This document shows positions 47,741 through 58,618 of a stretch of DNA of 64,000 bases, piece by piece; within the stretch, counting starts at the first letter, position 1; the number at the start of each line of letters is the position of its first letter. Made by a program: the position numbers and the translations under genes. Origin of the DNA: Candidatus Poribacteria bacterium (GTDB lineage Bacteria; Poribacteria; WGA-4E; WGA-3G); the NCBI GenBank assembly GCA_965197475.1, contig CBDANF010000003.1:3488001-3552000 (forward strand). The letters are read 5' to 3'. The notes below the pieces were generated by a model that ran no database searches, had not been told where the DNA came from, and worked only from the letters and a program-made list of their open reading frames with translations.

Positions 47741-48687
47741 TGTTGTATATTCAACATTTAACTGGTAGTACGGACCTAATTACTCCTCCAGAGGAAATCC
47801 GCGCCGGTTTTGTTACTCTTGCATTGGAAAGGAATCGACAGGCTACTCCTTTTGTAGAACAAGCAAGAGCATTGAAAGTTTTAGCACAGCAAGCTAAATA
47901 CCCTATTGACTTACTTAAAATTGATGGGATTAAAACCGCGTTACTGACAGCTGCAGGATTTTCAGATAAGGCAGTTAGACACACAGATGAAATCAACCAA
48001 ACAAGAGCAATAGAACAATTAATAGAGAATTTTTTAGAACCAGTTGGCACAGAGTTTGTTGAGGAATTAGTTTATCGATTTCTCTTGACACGTGGGGATT
48101 CGTTAGGTGGTGCGATGCGGAATATTGCAGGCAAGTTAGCAGAAAGGAAACTAACCCGTGCAATTATTTCTGCACTGACACTAACTGAGACGACTTACCA
48201 GTGGTATAACACTGTTAGTAACACATGGATCACAGGAAAAAATGGTGAAGCAGATATAGAATTGAGTGTAAAAGGGCTTAGTTGGGAAAGGAATGGTGAA
48301 ACGCGAACACTAATTTACAATAAAACTATTCCATTAGTTAAGAAAAATATAGATATGTGCCTTCTCTGCTGTACCACAGACGAGATAAAGCCTGCAATTT
48401 TCAGAGTTCCTGAACAGTTTATCGCCTTTGGTGAATTGAAAGGAGGAATTGATCCTGCTGGTGCAGATGAACATTGGAAAACCGCACAAACGGCATTAAC
48501 ACGGATCAGAACATCTTTTGCAACTGAAAACTTGTCACCAGACATCTTTTTTATCGGAGCTGTTATTGTTGACAGTATGGCACAGGAAATTTGGAGACAT
48601 CTTGAGGAAGGAACACTGAAGAACGCAGCTAACTTGACAAAAGCTGACCAAGTTGCATCATTATCCAATTGGCTTGTTAGTTTGTAA
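47740..48687 (+). CDS. Type II restriction endonuclease, AvaI/BsoBI family
   Basis: RAGFV..ALE.N, YRFLLTRGDSLGG.MRN, ELKGGIDPAGADEHWKTA. Confidence 0.9.
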   Translation: MLYIQHLTGSTDLITPPEEIRAGFVTLALERNRQATPFVEQARALKVLAQQAKYPIDLLKIDGIKTALLTAAGFSDKAVRHTDEINQTRAIEQLIENFLEPVGTEFVEELVYRFLLTRGDSLGGAMRNIAGKLAERKLTRAIISALTLTETTYQWYNTVSNTWITGKNGEADIELSVKGLSWERNGETRTLIYNKTIPLVKKNIDMCLLCCTTDEIKPAIFRVPEQFIAFGELKGGIDPAGADEHWKTAQTALTRIRTSFATENLSPDIFFIGAVIVDSMAQEIWRHLEEGTLKNAANLTKADQVASLSNWLVSL

Positions 48688-48710
48688 ATTAGGAAACACT
48701 ACTCAGAGCC

Positions 48711-50324
48711 TTACAACGGCACGAGTCCTGCATATTTTATACCTGTCAAATATGCGATTTCGCGTTTCCAAGTGGTTAGGTCATCTGGGTTAAATTGGTT
48801 CAAATGCTTATGTCCACATGCTCGTGCTAAAACCTGCATTAATTCAACAGAGGCAGATAAAAACCTATTCAACCTTTGCGCTGCAGCATGAACCTTCAAT
48901 CGTGCACGCAAATGCTCCTTTTGCGTGGCAATTCCGACAGGACAATTGTTAGTATGACACGCCCGCATCCCGATACACCCGATCGCTTGCATTGCTGAAT
49001 TCGCGATCGCAACGCCATCTGCACCGAGTGCCAATGCTTTGGCAAAATCTGCCGATGTTCTCAAACCACCAGTGATGATAAGCGTTACATCGCTATTCCC
49101 AGTATCATCAAGATACTTACGTGCACGTGCTAACGCAGGCATTGTCGGCACTGAAATGTTGTCCCGGAACAGAAGTGGCGCAGCACCAGTGCCACCACCA
49201 CGACCATCCAAAATAATGTAATCCACGCCGATGTGGAGTGCCGCTTCAATATCCTTTTCAATATGTTGTGCGGAGAGCTTAAACCCAATCGGAATGCCAC
49301 CGGTTTCTTTCCGAACTAATTCCGCGAATTTGGCGAAACCGTCTAACGTTTCCCAATCGGGAAACCGCGCAGGTGAGATTGCCGGTTGTCCTGCGGACAA
49401 CCCGCGAACAGATGCTATTTCTTCGGTTACCTTGCTACCGGGCAGATGTCCACCGGTTCCTGTTTTTGCCCCTTGTCCGCCTTTGAAGTGAAACGCTTGC
49501 GCAGGATCTAATTTTTCAAAAGAGAAACCAAATCTTGCAGATGCTAACTCATAAAAATAACGACTGTTTGCCTCAGCCTCTGCTTGTAGCATGCCGCCTT
49601 CACCAGAGCAGATACCTGTGCCTGCCATTTCCGCGCCCTTTGCCAATGCTATTTTCGCTTCAGCCGATAATGCCCCGAAACTCATATCGGAAACAAAGAT
49701 GGGAATCTCTAACCGCAGCGGTTTCTTAGCCCGTGGACCGATAACTAATTCAGTACCAACCAATGTTTCATCAAGATGTGGAGTTTTGTGTAGTTGTGCC
49801 ACCACAAACTGTAGATCATCCCAATTCGGCAGATCATTTCGAAGCACACCCATTGCTGCAGTCTGACCATGATGACCAACTTTACTAAGTCCATTGCTTG
49901 CTAATTCCTGAATTTCAGCAACAAAAGGTTCTTCTGTTGTCCCATGGATGTCCTGATAGGTTCCCTGATATTGATCACGATGATAGGGTTGTGGGTTCTC
50001 TTTTTCCCACTCACGAATTTCATCTTCGTCAACATATACCCCGTCATCTTCTAACCACGCGGAAAACTTAGCAAGACATTCAGAATTCAGGTACTCGCTT
50101 ATACCCGTATCGTAGCGATAATCCCAAAAGTGAACGCCACAAATCAGGTTCTCACCATCAATATAACCGTCTGCAAGCAGCGCGCCGCGATGATGGCATC
50201 TTCCGTATAACACAGAAATCTGGTTATCATATCGGATAATGACTAAATCTACATTCGCAACAAGGGCGTAAGCAGGTACACGGTCTTCGAGTTCGCTAAA
50301 ATTAGCGACTTTTGTTTTCGTCAT
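48711..50324 (-). CDS. Rieske-domain + FMN-binding glutamate synthase-like protein
   Basis: CHHRGA...C.VH.W Rieske; MSFGALS, GEGG, KGGQGAKTGTGGHLP, DGRGGGTGAAP, GC...R.CHTNNCPVGIATQ. Confidence 0.9.
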   Translation of the reverse strand: MTKTKVANFSELEDRVPAYALVANVDLVIIRYDNQISVLYGRCHHRGALLADGYIDGENLICGVHFWDYRYDTGISEYLNSECLAKFSAWLEDDGVYVDEDEIREWEKENPQPYHRDQYQGTYQDIHGTTEEPFVAEIQELASNGLSKVGHHGQTAAMGVLRNDLPNWDDLQFVVAQLHKTPHLDETLVGTELVIGPRAKKPLRLEIPIFVSDMSFGALSAEAKIALAKGAEMAGTGICSGEGGMLQAEAEANSRYFYELASARFGFSFEKLDPAQAFHFKGGQGAKTGTGGHLPGSKVTEEIASVRGLSAGQPAISPARFPDWETLDGFAKFAELVRKETGGIPIGFKLSAQHIEKDIEAALHIGVDYIILDGRGGGTGAAPLLFRDNISVPTMPALARARKYLDDTGNSDVTLIITGGLRTSADFAKALALGADGVAIANSAMQAIGCIGMRACHTNNCPVGIATQKEHLRARLKVHAAAQRLNRFLSASVELMQVLARACGHKHLNQFNPDDLTTWKREIAYLTGIKYAGLVPL

Positions 50325-50370
50325 GTTTTCTGAGATGTTCTTTCTGCGGATTAGATGCGTATGTCCGACC

Positions 50371-50754
50371 TTACTGTTGCGGTGCGTTATGAGAATCAAT
50401 TCCAGATTCTTCCTCACCACCAGATGTCTCTTGTTCCAATTGTGCGAGACGTTGATCTAACGCTTGCTGCTGTTTTCCCAATCGCAACAAGTAGAGCATA
50501 AAAACCAACCAGATTATCAGATAAGCGGATACAAGGTATTTAAGGCGCGTGCGTTGTGCCGATTCCAGTTTTTCTATTGAAAGTGTGACTGCTTGTTTTA
50601 CAATGTCTTCATCCTCTGCAGTAACTTGAGATTCCGAGATTGCCTCCTTGATAACCACTTCAACCTTTTCACGGTCCAAAGTTGGCACCTGAATTGTCAA
50701 GAACAGCAAACTGAATACGATCAAAAAACTTAATAAGATTACAATTCGCATCAA
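50371..50754 (-). CDS. CcmD-like membrane protein
   Basis: YLVSAYLIIWLVFMLYLLRLGKQQ..L; directly follows ccmC. Confidence 0.6.
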   Translation of the reverse strand: MMRIVILLSFLIVFSLLFLTIQVPTLDREKVEVVIKEAISESQVTAEDEDIVKQAVTLSIEKLESAQRTRLKYLVSAYLIIWLVFMLYLLRLGKQQQALDQRLAQLEQETSGGEEESGIDSHNAPQQ

Positions 50755-51425
50755 GATATCTCCTCTAAATGTTTCCGGCGGATCACTTCATAGCGTGACT
50801 CTGTCTTTTTAATCTGGGACTGTAGGATTAATAAAAGTGTAAAAAGTATAATGAATGCTACTAACACCACAATCCATGTATGCAGTATTGATGGAACAAC
50901 ATTAAATTTTGATCCACGCCCTGGATGTGTTTTTTCTTCCCACAATTTTGTGGCAAAATGGACAATCGGCACATTGAGGAAGGCGATAATTCCAAGCACC
51001 GCCGAATAGAGTCTGCGTTTGTCTTCAGCTAAAGCAGAACGAAGAATGAAATACCCAACGTACATTAGCCAAAGAACGAGTGTACTCGTAAGTCGTGCTT
51101 CCCAGTTCCACCAGGTATTCCAAGCATATTTTGCCCAAATGGGACCAGAAAGCAGCACAATAGTACAAAAAATAAGACCTATTTCTGCTGCTGAAGCTGC
51201 CAGCAGATCGTCGTCCGGTTTGCGTTTAATCAAATACTTGATGCTAAATATAAAGTTTACACCGAACGCCAGATATACAGTCATCGCAGCTGAAACGTGG
51301 AAGAAAAAAATCTTCTGAACCTCTAACATTGACTTTTCAATCTGGGCATAGGAGAAGATAAGATAGAGGGCGATGAAGATCAGGATTGCGCTGACGAAGG
51401 TAAGAATTTTTACTGATTTTCCCAT
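50751..51425 (-). CDS. ccmC: Cytochrome c biogenesis heme exporter
   Basis: QKIFFFHV, SGPIWAK.AW..WW.WEARLTS WWD-type motif, PIVH, HP. Confidence 0.9.
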   Translation of the reverse strand: MGKSVKILTFVSAILIFIALYLIFSYAQIEKSMLEVQKIFFFHVSAAMTVYLAFGVNFIFSIKYLIKRKPDDDLLAASAAEIGLIFCTIVLLSGPIWAKYAWNTWWNWEARLTSTLVLWLMYVGYFILRSALAEDKRRLYSAVLGIIAFLNVPIVHFATKLWEEKTHPGRGSKFNVVPSILHTWIVVLVAFIILFTLLLILQSQIKKTESRYEVIRRKHLEEIS

Positions 51426-52198
51426 ATTGGACTCCCAGTTAGAATTTCGGGGCCATCCGATAGAACAGCCACTGTATGCTCAAAAAGGGCAGATAAGCTT
51501 CCATCTGATGTCGCAATTGTCCACCCATCTCCTAAGGCATCTACGCTTGGGTGTCCAGCGTTTACCATTGCTTCAATGGCGAGCACCATTCCTGGTCTTA
51601 GACGGACCCCACGCCCCGGCGTTCCGGTAGTAGGCACTTGCGGTTCTTCATGCAGATGCCGACCGATACCGTGCCCAGAAAAATTCTGAATTACGGAAAA
51701 TCCGGCTTTTTCAGCAACATTTTGCAGTTGGAAAGAGACATCACCTATACGGTTTCCCGGTTTTGCTGCTGATATGGCAGCATACAGCGAAGCTTTTGTT
51801 ACATCAAGTAATTTCTGTGCTTCGACTGAGATTTTTCCTACTGGAAAAGTAAAGGCGTTATCGCCGTGAAAACCGTCTATGTTCACAGCAGTGTCCACAC
51901 CGATAATGTCGCCCTCCAGGAGTTCTTCCGACTTATCAGGGATACCGTGAATGACTTTGTTGTTGACAGAGACACAGATTGTGGCGGGGTAAGGACTGTG
52001 CTGTGGAATTTGATACCCAAGAAATGATGAGGTGGCATTCAGGTTAGCAATCGTTTTGCGGGAGACCATCTCTAATTCATAAGTAGTAATCCCAGGCTGA
52101 ATTGCATCTGAAATTGCCTGCAGAACTTGAGCCGCTGCTTGACCGCTGTGCTTCATTTTCTCAATTTCGGCTCTGTTTTTGATTCTTATTTTTTGCAT
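51410..52198 (-). CDS. map: Methionine aminopeptidase type I
   Basis: CVSVN..VIHGIP, DTA, GD.A, GHGIGR.LHEEP, AIE.MVN, SALFEHTV. Confidence 0.96.
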   Translation of the reverse strand: MQKIRIKNRAEIEKMKHSGQAAAQVLQAISDAIQPGITTYELEMVSRKTIANLNATSSFLGYQIPQHSPYPATICVSVNNKVIHGIPDKSEELLEGDIIGVDTAVNIDGFHGDNAFTFPVGKISVEAQKLLDVTKASLYAAISAAKPGNRIGDVSFQLQNVAEKAGFSVIQNFSGHGIGRHLHEEPQVPTTGTPGRGVRLRPGMVLAIEAMVNAGHPSVDALGDGWTIATSDGSLSALFEHTVAVLSDGPEILTGSPIWENQ

Positions 52199-52274
52199 AT
52201 TTTAAAAAGTGGTTTTCAGTTAAAAAATGCCCAAGGCAAAATAACTTCACAGAAAACCTATACTGTTAACGTTG

Positions 52275-53672
52275 TTATCCGACAATTTCTCCAATCAACG
52301 TATGTGCCGTAGCAGAATGGATTTGGACATTTACTATATCACCGACCTGAGTGTTTTCCTTCGGAAAAACTGTCGTCTTGAACGTATCTGTTTTACCTTG
52401 ATACTGCTCCGCATCACGTCGACTTTTTCCTTCAACTAAAACAGGAACAGTTGATCCTAATGTCTCATGATTGATGTCCATAGAGATTTGCTCTTGCAGC
52501 GAAATAATCTCATTCAAACGTCTCCCTTTTTCAACTTCAGGTACATCGTCGAATAATGTTTTATCCGCTAACGTCCCTTCCCGTTCAGAGTACTTGAACA
52601 TAAACGCAGAATCGAATCGGATGTCTGCCATCAGTTGGTAGGTTTGCAGAAAATCTTCTTCGGTTTCTCCACAAAAGCCCACAATCACATCAGTTGAAAG
52701 CGCGATCTGTGGAATCCGTTCCCTGAGTTTTGAAACCAGTTCACGATATTCCTCTGCTGTGTAGGTACGCCGCATGCGTTCTAATACCGTTGTTGAACCG
52801 GATTGCAACGGAAGATGAAGTTGTTTACACACCTGTGGACAATTTTCTATTGCATCAATCATGCTGTCAGTTGCATCTGCTGGGTGAGGAGATGTAAATC
52901 GTACCCGTTCCACACCGTCAACTTCAGCAATAGACCATAGAAGTTTTCCAAAATCATGACGACCATCGTGATAAGAATTTACGGTTTGTCCGAGTAGAAC
53001 AATCTCTTTAAACCCTTCATCAACAAGTCGCTTGACATCATCTATGAGGAGTTTTAGTGGTATGCTTCGTTCTCTACCCCTTACAAACGGAACGATACAG
53101 AAGGTACACATCTTATCGCATCCGCGCTGAATAGTGAGCCATGCCCGAATGCCTTCTTTTCGAATAGGAGCAATGTCTGCATAGTCCTCGCTCTTATCCA
53201 ACTGTAAATTAAGGAAGGGGTCACCATTGGCTACAGCATTGAGTGCCATCGGTAGATTACGATACGCATCGGGTCCCATTACAAGGTCTACATACGGTGC
53301 AGCTTCCAGAAGTTTGTCTCGAAGATGTTGTGCCATACATCCGCAAACCCCGATAATTAGATTACCTTCTCGCCGCTTCTGATGATTCAAATGCTTAAGC
53401 CGATTGATGACTTTAGTTTCAGCGTTCTCTCGAATGGCACAAGTATTGAGTAAGATGACATCGGCATCAACAATGTCGGAAACGGTCCGGTGTCCTGCTT
53501 GCGTCAAGATGCCTGCCATTAGTTCACTATCACTGACGTTCATCTGACATCCATAAGTTTCAATATAGACATTGCGCGCTGGTGCCTGGCTGCGGAGTGA
53601 TGAGGGTATCTGCAAATCCAGTTTTGGAACGTTTTTATAGATAGGTAAGTTGTTTGTTGTATTTATTGTCAC
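52275..53672 (-). CDS. miaB: tRNA methylthiotransferase (start uncertain)
   Basis: IETYGCQMN, NTCAIRE, GCDKMCTFCIVP, RFTSPHP, C-terminal TRAM domain. Confidence 0.95.
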   Translation of the reverse strand: MTINTTNNLPIYKNVPKLDLQIPSSLRSQAPARNVYIETYGCQMNVSDSELMAGILTQAGHRTVSDIVDADVILLNTCAIRENAETKVINRLKHLNHQKRREGNLIIGVCGCMAQHLRDKLLEAAPYVDLVMGPDAYRNLPMALNAVANGDPFLNLQLDKSEDYADIAPIRKEGIRAWLTIQRGCDKMCTFCIVPFVRGRERSIPLKLLIDDVKRLVDEGFKEIVLLGQTVNSYHDGRHDFGKLLWSIAEVDGVERVRFTSPHPADATDSMIDAIENCPQVCKQLHLPLQSGSTTVLERMRRTYTAEEYRELVSKLRERIPQIALSTDVIVGFCGETEEDFLQTYQLMADIRFDSAFMFKYSEREGTLADKTLFDDVPEVEKGRRLNEIISLQEQISMDINHETLGSTVPVLVEGKSRRDAEQYQGKTDTFKTTVFPKENTQVGDIVNVQIHSATAHTLIGEIVG

Positions 53673-53898
53673 TGGTTTTTCCGCACCTATTTATCTTAGT
53701 AAATTTTACTCCTATGCCCTCAAAAAACTCACGGAACTCATCTTCAAGCACATCTTTAGTGGCATTTTCGGCGAGCAGAGCGGTGAGACGTGCACGGGAG
53801 GCAAAGAACGCGCTATTCACAATTGACTCCAGCCATGCACAAAATTGTGCATGAGTTAATTCGGTAAGATCGGGTGTCACCACTTTTCCTAATTGTGC

Positions 53899-54711
53899 CT
53901 ACAAACTTACATTGTTTGAAGGCAGGTAGTTTTGATAATAATCCGATATGTCAATCGTAAACAGATCTCCAATATAGATTACCACACGATATTTTAACGT
54001 CCGAGTTGCGTTGGCATCTAAAATAAACCGTGGGGTTTGTGTGAACAGAAAACCAAGGTACGCATCCTCAGCGAGGAAGCGCGTTTTACCATTTTCAGGG
54101 TGTGAAAGGATTGCCACGCCAATAGCTGTATTAGCAGTGATTCCACACAACGTTCCCCACTCCGATTCTTGTCCGTTTACTTCCGATTCGCCAATTCTCC
54201 CGTTTGAATCTGCCGCCTTCCGATATTCCATCTCTACCGCGTAGTACCCCAGTCCGAAGTCGTCTATAAATTCAACAGGGTTAGAAGGTGTGTGCAGAAC
54301 TACCTTCAAGTCCAGAATCCGCACATCATTTTGGAGCGGGTGAACTGTCGCTTTAAATGTCTCTATCAGGACAGGATTAGAATCTTCCCAAGTTGTCTCA
54401 CAAACGAATTTGGCTAATTCTTCAGTTGCAGAGGATTTAGATGTTTCTCTATCGAGTTTCGGAACACTCCGATGCAGTGGAATAGGATTCCCGTTTTCGT
54501 CTTTCACTGTTCCAAATGAGAAACATATCCCTGGTAAATGTCTTTGTTCAGTTTCCCCTATTCCCTCCGTCACTACTTGTCCATTCGGAGCATAGATCGG
54601 ATGAAAATATGAACGCGATACCGACTCACCATAGCAATAGGTGAGTACCAACTCGCCTTCCTCTGTGATGGATATCTCTTTTCCAGCAACTTCGTCCAAC
54701 ATAAATGCCAT
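53899..54711 (-). CDS. PmoA-like/DUF6807 family protein
   Basis: RSYFHPIYAPNG..VTE...H..GI.F; IL.HP.N; LKYRVVIY.GD. Confidence 0.6.
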   Translation of the reverse strand: MAFMLDEVAGKEISITEEGELVLTYCYGESVSRSYFHPIYAPNGQVVTEGIGETEQRHLPGICFSFGTVKDENGNPIPLHRSVPKLDRETSKSSATEELAKFVCETTWEDSNPVLIETFKATVHPLQNDVRILDLKVVLHTPSNPVEFIDDFGLGYYAVEMEYRKAADSNGRIGESEVNGQESEWGTLCGITANTAIGVAILSHPENGKTRFLAEDAYLGFLFTQTPRFILDANATRTLKYRVVIYIGDLFTIDISDYYQNYLPSNNVSL

Positions 54712-54856
54712 GTGCTAATTATATCATGCATACTCTAGTTAATGCAAACGTAATTCGGATTGGATTGTTTTCTGTTGCCATAATAAGGTATACTTTAAAA
54801 CCTAATTCCTGATTTTCGAGATCCTCCAAAAAACAATTATACGAAGGGAATAAGAC

Positions 54857-55555
54857 ATGGCACCTATTATTGGTATTCCTGCGGTAGATTCTGCAGCAAA
54901 GTATAAGTTTGAGAACTATAAAAACGTAATTGAGCAGCACGGAGGAGTCGTTCGCTTTTTGGTCCGAGACGAACAATCTATTGAAGAATTTGCCGCAGGT
55001 ATTGATGGGCTTTTACTACCGGGGGGTGGTGACCTTGATCCAAAAAATTTCAATCAAGAATGGCATCCTACACTAAAATATGTTAACGAGGATCGTGATG
55101 AATTAGAGTTGTCAATATTCAAGCAGGCGATTGAAAAGGATACCCCTACTATAGGGATTTGTTTTGGTATCCAGATCATGAATGTTGCAATGGGCGGGGA
55201 CATATATCAAGATATAGAGTCTGAATATCCACAAGAAACTCTCACACATCCTCAGGTAGGTGGTGAGGATTCCCTGCATGAAATTGAGATTGAACCTAGC
55301 AGTCTGTTAAGCAAACTTGTAGGCAAAAGTAAAGACTTCGTCAATTCAGCACATCATCAAGCAGTAGACAAGGTTGGTGAAGGGTTTGTTGTAACAGCTC
55401 GTTCAAATGATGGTATCGTTGAGGCTATTGAAAATCCATCAAAGCGGTTTGTCGTAGGTGTGCAATACCATCCAGAGCGGATGCTCGCCACCGAGGAATT
55501 CCGTGAACACAGACACAAACTATTTGAGGCATTTATTAAGGCTGCTTCTGAATAA
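54857..55555 (+). CDS. Peptidase C26 / gamma-glutamyl-GABA hydrolase family
   Basis: GLLLPGGGD, GICFGIQIMNV, VNSAHHQAV, GVQYHPE. Confidence 0.92.
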   Translation: MAPIIGIPAVDSAAKYKFENYKNVIEQHGGVVRFLVRDEQSIEEFAAGIDGLLLPGGGDLDPKNFNQEWHPTLKYVNEDRDELELSIFKQAIEKDTPTIGICFGIQIMNVAMGGDIYQDIESEYPQETLTHPQVGGEDSLHEIEIEPSSLLSKLVGKSKDFVNSAHHQAVDKVGEGFVVTARSNDGIVEAIENPSKRFVVGVQYHPERMLATEEFREHRHKLFEAFIKAASE

Positions 55556-55577
55556 CACTATCCGAAAAACGGTGTTG

Positions 55578-56510
55578 TTAAAAATTCGCAATCAAAGAAA
55601 ATCGGTGTGCCAGTCCCAAGTCACCGAAAGATATAAGGGCGTAATCAATCTGGAACCGTCGAAGCGTCAAGCCAAAACCCCCTCTCAGTCCTGAAATCGC
55701 GCCTAAATCGTTTCCACCGAATTTGTATTTATAGCCTGTCCGAAGTTGCAATACGTTGCCTATCGTATAGCCTATTCCTGTCCCAACAGCGTTATCATTG
55801 TCGGTAGGGCGGATGATGTCCATCGTTAAGATAACAGCCTCGTTCCAAAGTTTATACGCGCCCCCAAATCTGAAAGTAAAAGGGAGTTCAAACGTATCCT
55901 CTATAAATTTCACTCGTGGTCCCACGTGCTGGGCATTGAAGCCGAATGAAAGCGGAATGTCCGAAAAAGTGTATAATCCACCGAAATCGAATGCTATCCC
56001 GCTACCGCTTTCGTCAACGATCTGTTCCCGCAATAATTTTGCGTTTACACCCAAAGCTAACGTCTTACCGAAACCACGTGCGTACGAGAGAATCATTGCA
56101 AGATCGTAAGGACGGAATATCGTTGTCTCATTCCCGTCTTGATCGCGTCCATCCAGTTCACCGTAGGATAAGAAATTCGCACTTACGCCAACTGTGTTTT
56201 TTTTCCCAATCGGAAGCGCAAACCCAACGAACTCGTGATTGATTTCTGCGAACCATTCATTATGCATGAGTGCAAGTTGCGGCTTTTGAAGTTTCGCGAG
56301 ACCGGCGGGATTCCAATACGACGCGTAAAGATCATCGGTCACAGCGACTTGAGACTCTCCCATCCCTATCGCCTTCGCACCGACACCTATTTTGAGGAAT
56401 GTCATCGCGCGAGTGCCAGCATTTTCGTGGATGTCTGTGTTATCCGCTACCACAGGAACGCACGTGAGAATGAAAGTGATGATGAGGACGCAAGCAAAGA
56501 TTTGGTTCAT
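55578..56510 (-). CDS. PorV/PorQ-family outer-membrane beta-barrel protein
   Basis: FLKIGVGAKAIGMGE, YWNPAGLA, alternating beta-strands, C-terminal Phe. Confidence 0.85.
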   Translation of the reverse strand: MNQIFACVLIITFILTCVPVVADNTDIHENAGTRAMTFLKIGVGAKAIGMGESQVAVTDDLYASYWNPAGLAKLQKPQLALMHNEWFAEINHEFVGFALPIGKKNTVGVSANFLSYGELDGRDQDGNETTIFRPYDLAMILSYARGFGKTLALGVNAKLLREQIVDESGSGIAFDFGGLYTFSDIPLSFGFNAQHVGPRVKFIEDTFELPFTFRFGGAYKLWNEAVILTMDIIRPTDNDNAVGTGIGYTIGNVLQLRTGYKYKFGGNDLGAISGLRGGFGLTLRRFQIDYALISFGDLGLAHRFSLIANF

Positions 56511-56782
56511 AAAGTTTTTCGTATAACCTATTGAAAGTAGATCCGTCAATTCAATTGCTGAAATCTATTTGGGTTAGTGTAGATACCTTCGGTTTTATTC
56601 ATTTTTATTGATAGAATTATTGTATCACATCGTCGAATGGGAGTCAACCTACAATTCGGTTGAATCCTCAAAAAAGCATTATAACTATTAAAATTTTTTA
56701 TTGTCTTTTTGCATGTAATTATGGTACAATATCATTACACATGATAAAATTGGGAGTAGTTTATTAAAAAGGGAAAATTCAC

Positions 56783-57124
56783 ATGCCAATAGAATCTGCC
56801 ACATTGCCACCTGGTCACTATATGATCGCTGACCCAAATTATTTTAAGGACTATGAACCTTATACCTTCTTTTGGACTTATAGTGACGGTGCATTCTATG
56901 ATAACTTAGATAATTGTTACTATGTAGATTCAGCACGGATCGCTGTTTTCCAGATAGAAAAGAAACCTAACAAAATTCCAAAAGGGACACACTACTTCTT
57001 TTTCAAAAGTCCTTGGAAAATTGATTTTGATATGAATCACCTCTTGGAGCAGATTAAGATTACAGCTCTCTCATTCGAGGATATTAGTCCAAATTTTTTC
57101 GATCCTATTCTCTTTGATAATTGA
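56783..57124 (+). CDS. Hypothetical protein
   Basis: 113-aa ORF with RBS; G.Y.IADP motif. Confidence 0.55.
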   Translation: MPIESATLPPGHYMIADPNYFKDYEPYTFFWTYSDGAFYDNLDNCYYVDSARIAVFQIEKKPNKIPKGTHYFFFKSPWKIDFDMNHLLEQIKITALSFEDISPNFFDPILFDN

Positions 57125-57214
57125 GATGCCTTCGTTGAGTATTTTGTGTGTCTCCACTTGTAAATGAAACTTTGTATTGTTACGTTACGTAATTTCTTTG
57201 GAAGGAGCGGAATT

Positions 57215-58618
57215 ATGGCAGAAACTTCTTATAGTATCTTTGATTCACGCACTCCTGATGATATCCACCGCGAAATTCAAGAAGTTTATCTTAAAAAAGC
57301 GCGTCCTTGGGTTATAGGATATAGTGGCGGAAAAGATTCTTCTGCTGCACTTCAACTCGTGTGGTATGCCCTTGCAGATTTGCCACCAGAAGATCGAAAG
57401 TATCCAGTTTATGTCATCTCATCCGATACCCTCGTTGAAACGCCAGTGATTGTGGGTTATATTACGGGTACTCTTGAACGTCTCGAAAAGGTTGCACGCA
57501 AAGAAAAAATGCCATTTCAGACAGATATTGTCCGTCCAAAAATAGAAGATACGTTTTGGGTTAATCTTATTGGTAAGGGTTACCCTGCACCTTACAGTAA
57601 ATTTAGGTGGTGCACTGACCGCATGAAAATTAAACCTGCCAACCGTTTTATCTTGGACAAAGTTGCCGAATATGGTGAAGTTATCATGGTACTTGGTGTT
57701 CGTAAGGGCGAGAGTGCTACGCGTGATCAAGTTTTAAGTTTGCACAGTATACAAAATTCTCCGCTTCTGCGGCATAGCACGTTACCGAATGCTTTTGTCT
57801 ACGCACCTATTATTGACTTCAGCTTGAACGATGTTTGGTTTTATTTGTTGAATGTCCCTTCACCATGGAATAACGATAATAAGGAACTTGTCACTCTTTA
57901 CCGAAACTCGAATGCTCAAGGTGAATGCCCACTTGTTGTTGATGAAACGACTCCATCTTGTGGAAACAGTCGCTTTGGATGCTGGACCTGTACCGTAGTT
58001 ACAAAAGATAAAGCGATAGAAGGGCTTATTGATAGTGAAGAAGATTGGATGTTACCTCTTCTTGAGTTCCGCGACTTTCTCGCTGAAACGCAAGAACCCG
58101 AAAATAAACCTGGAATCCGTGAACACAGGCGAAGTAACGGTCAAGTTACAATCCTCAATAATAAACTTATTCACGGCCCCTATACGCTGAGATTCTGTCA
58201 GCAGCTCTTGGAGAAACTTCTCAACGTCCAAGAACAGGTGCGCAAAGAAGGTCCCGACCCCGAAATCAAACTTATCACTGACGACGAACTTGAGGAAATC
58301 CGAAAAATTTGGAGAACCCAACGCCAAGATTGGGAAGATGCAGTGCCACAGATTTATTCTGATGTAGTTGGTGAGCGCGAGTGGATTGTTGACGATACAA
58401 CTGCTTTTACTGCATCAGATAAGGAACTGTTATCTAAAATCTGTAGTGAAAATGGAGTCCCTGTTACACTTGTGGCAAAATTGTTAGATATCGAGCGACA
58501 GATGGATGGGATGAGTAGGCGTGCAGGAATACAATCCCAAATTGATACTATTTTCCATGAGGATTGGCGTTCGGAAGAAAAAGTACGCGACAGCGTAGAT
58601 AGTAGTGGGCAACAATGA
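57215..58618 (+). CDS. dndC: DNA phosphorothioation sulfurtransferase
   Basis: PWVIGYSGGKDSS, DTLVETP, FWVNLIGKGYPAP..FRWCTDRMKI.P, GECPLVVD..TPSCGNSRFGCWTCTVV. Confidence 0.96.
   Translation: MAETSYSIFDSRTPDDIHREIQEVYLKKARPWVIGYSGGKDSSAALQLVWYALADLPPEDRKYPVYVISSDTLVETPVIVGYITGTLERLEKVARKEKMPFQTDIVRPKIEDTFWVNLIGKGYPAPYSKFRWCTDRMKIKPANRFILDKVAEYGEVIMVLGVRKGESATRDQVLSLHSIQNSPLLRHSTLPNAFVYAPIIDFSLNDVWFYLLNVPSPWNNDNKELVTLYRNSNAQGECPLVVDETTPSCGNSRFGCWTCTVVTKDKAIEGLIDSEEDWMLPLLEFRDFLAETQEPENKPGIREHRRSNGQVTILNNKLIHGPYTLRFCQQLLEKLLNVQEQVRKEGPDPEIKLITDDELEEIRKIWRTQRQDWEDAVPQIYSDVVGEREWIVDDTTAFTASDKELLSKICSENGVPVTLVAKLLDIERQMDGMSRRAGIQSQIDTIFHEDWRSEEKVRDSVDSSGQQ

Noticed and set aside
46310-48687. R-M pair as a novel system
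   Set aside because: It matches the well-characterised AvaI/BsoBI type II family.
53635-53883. 82-aa ORF upstream of miaB
   Set aside because: Possibly a gene remnant, but no family is recognisable and the C-terminus looks non-coding.
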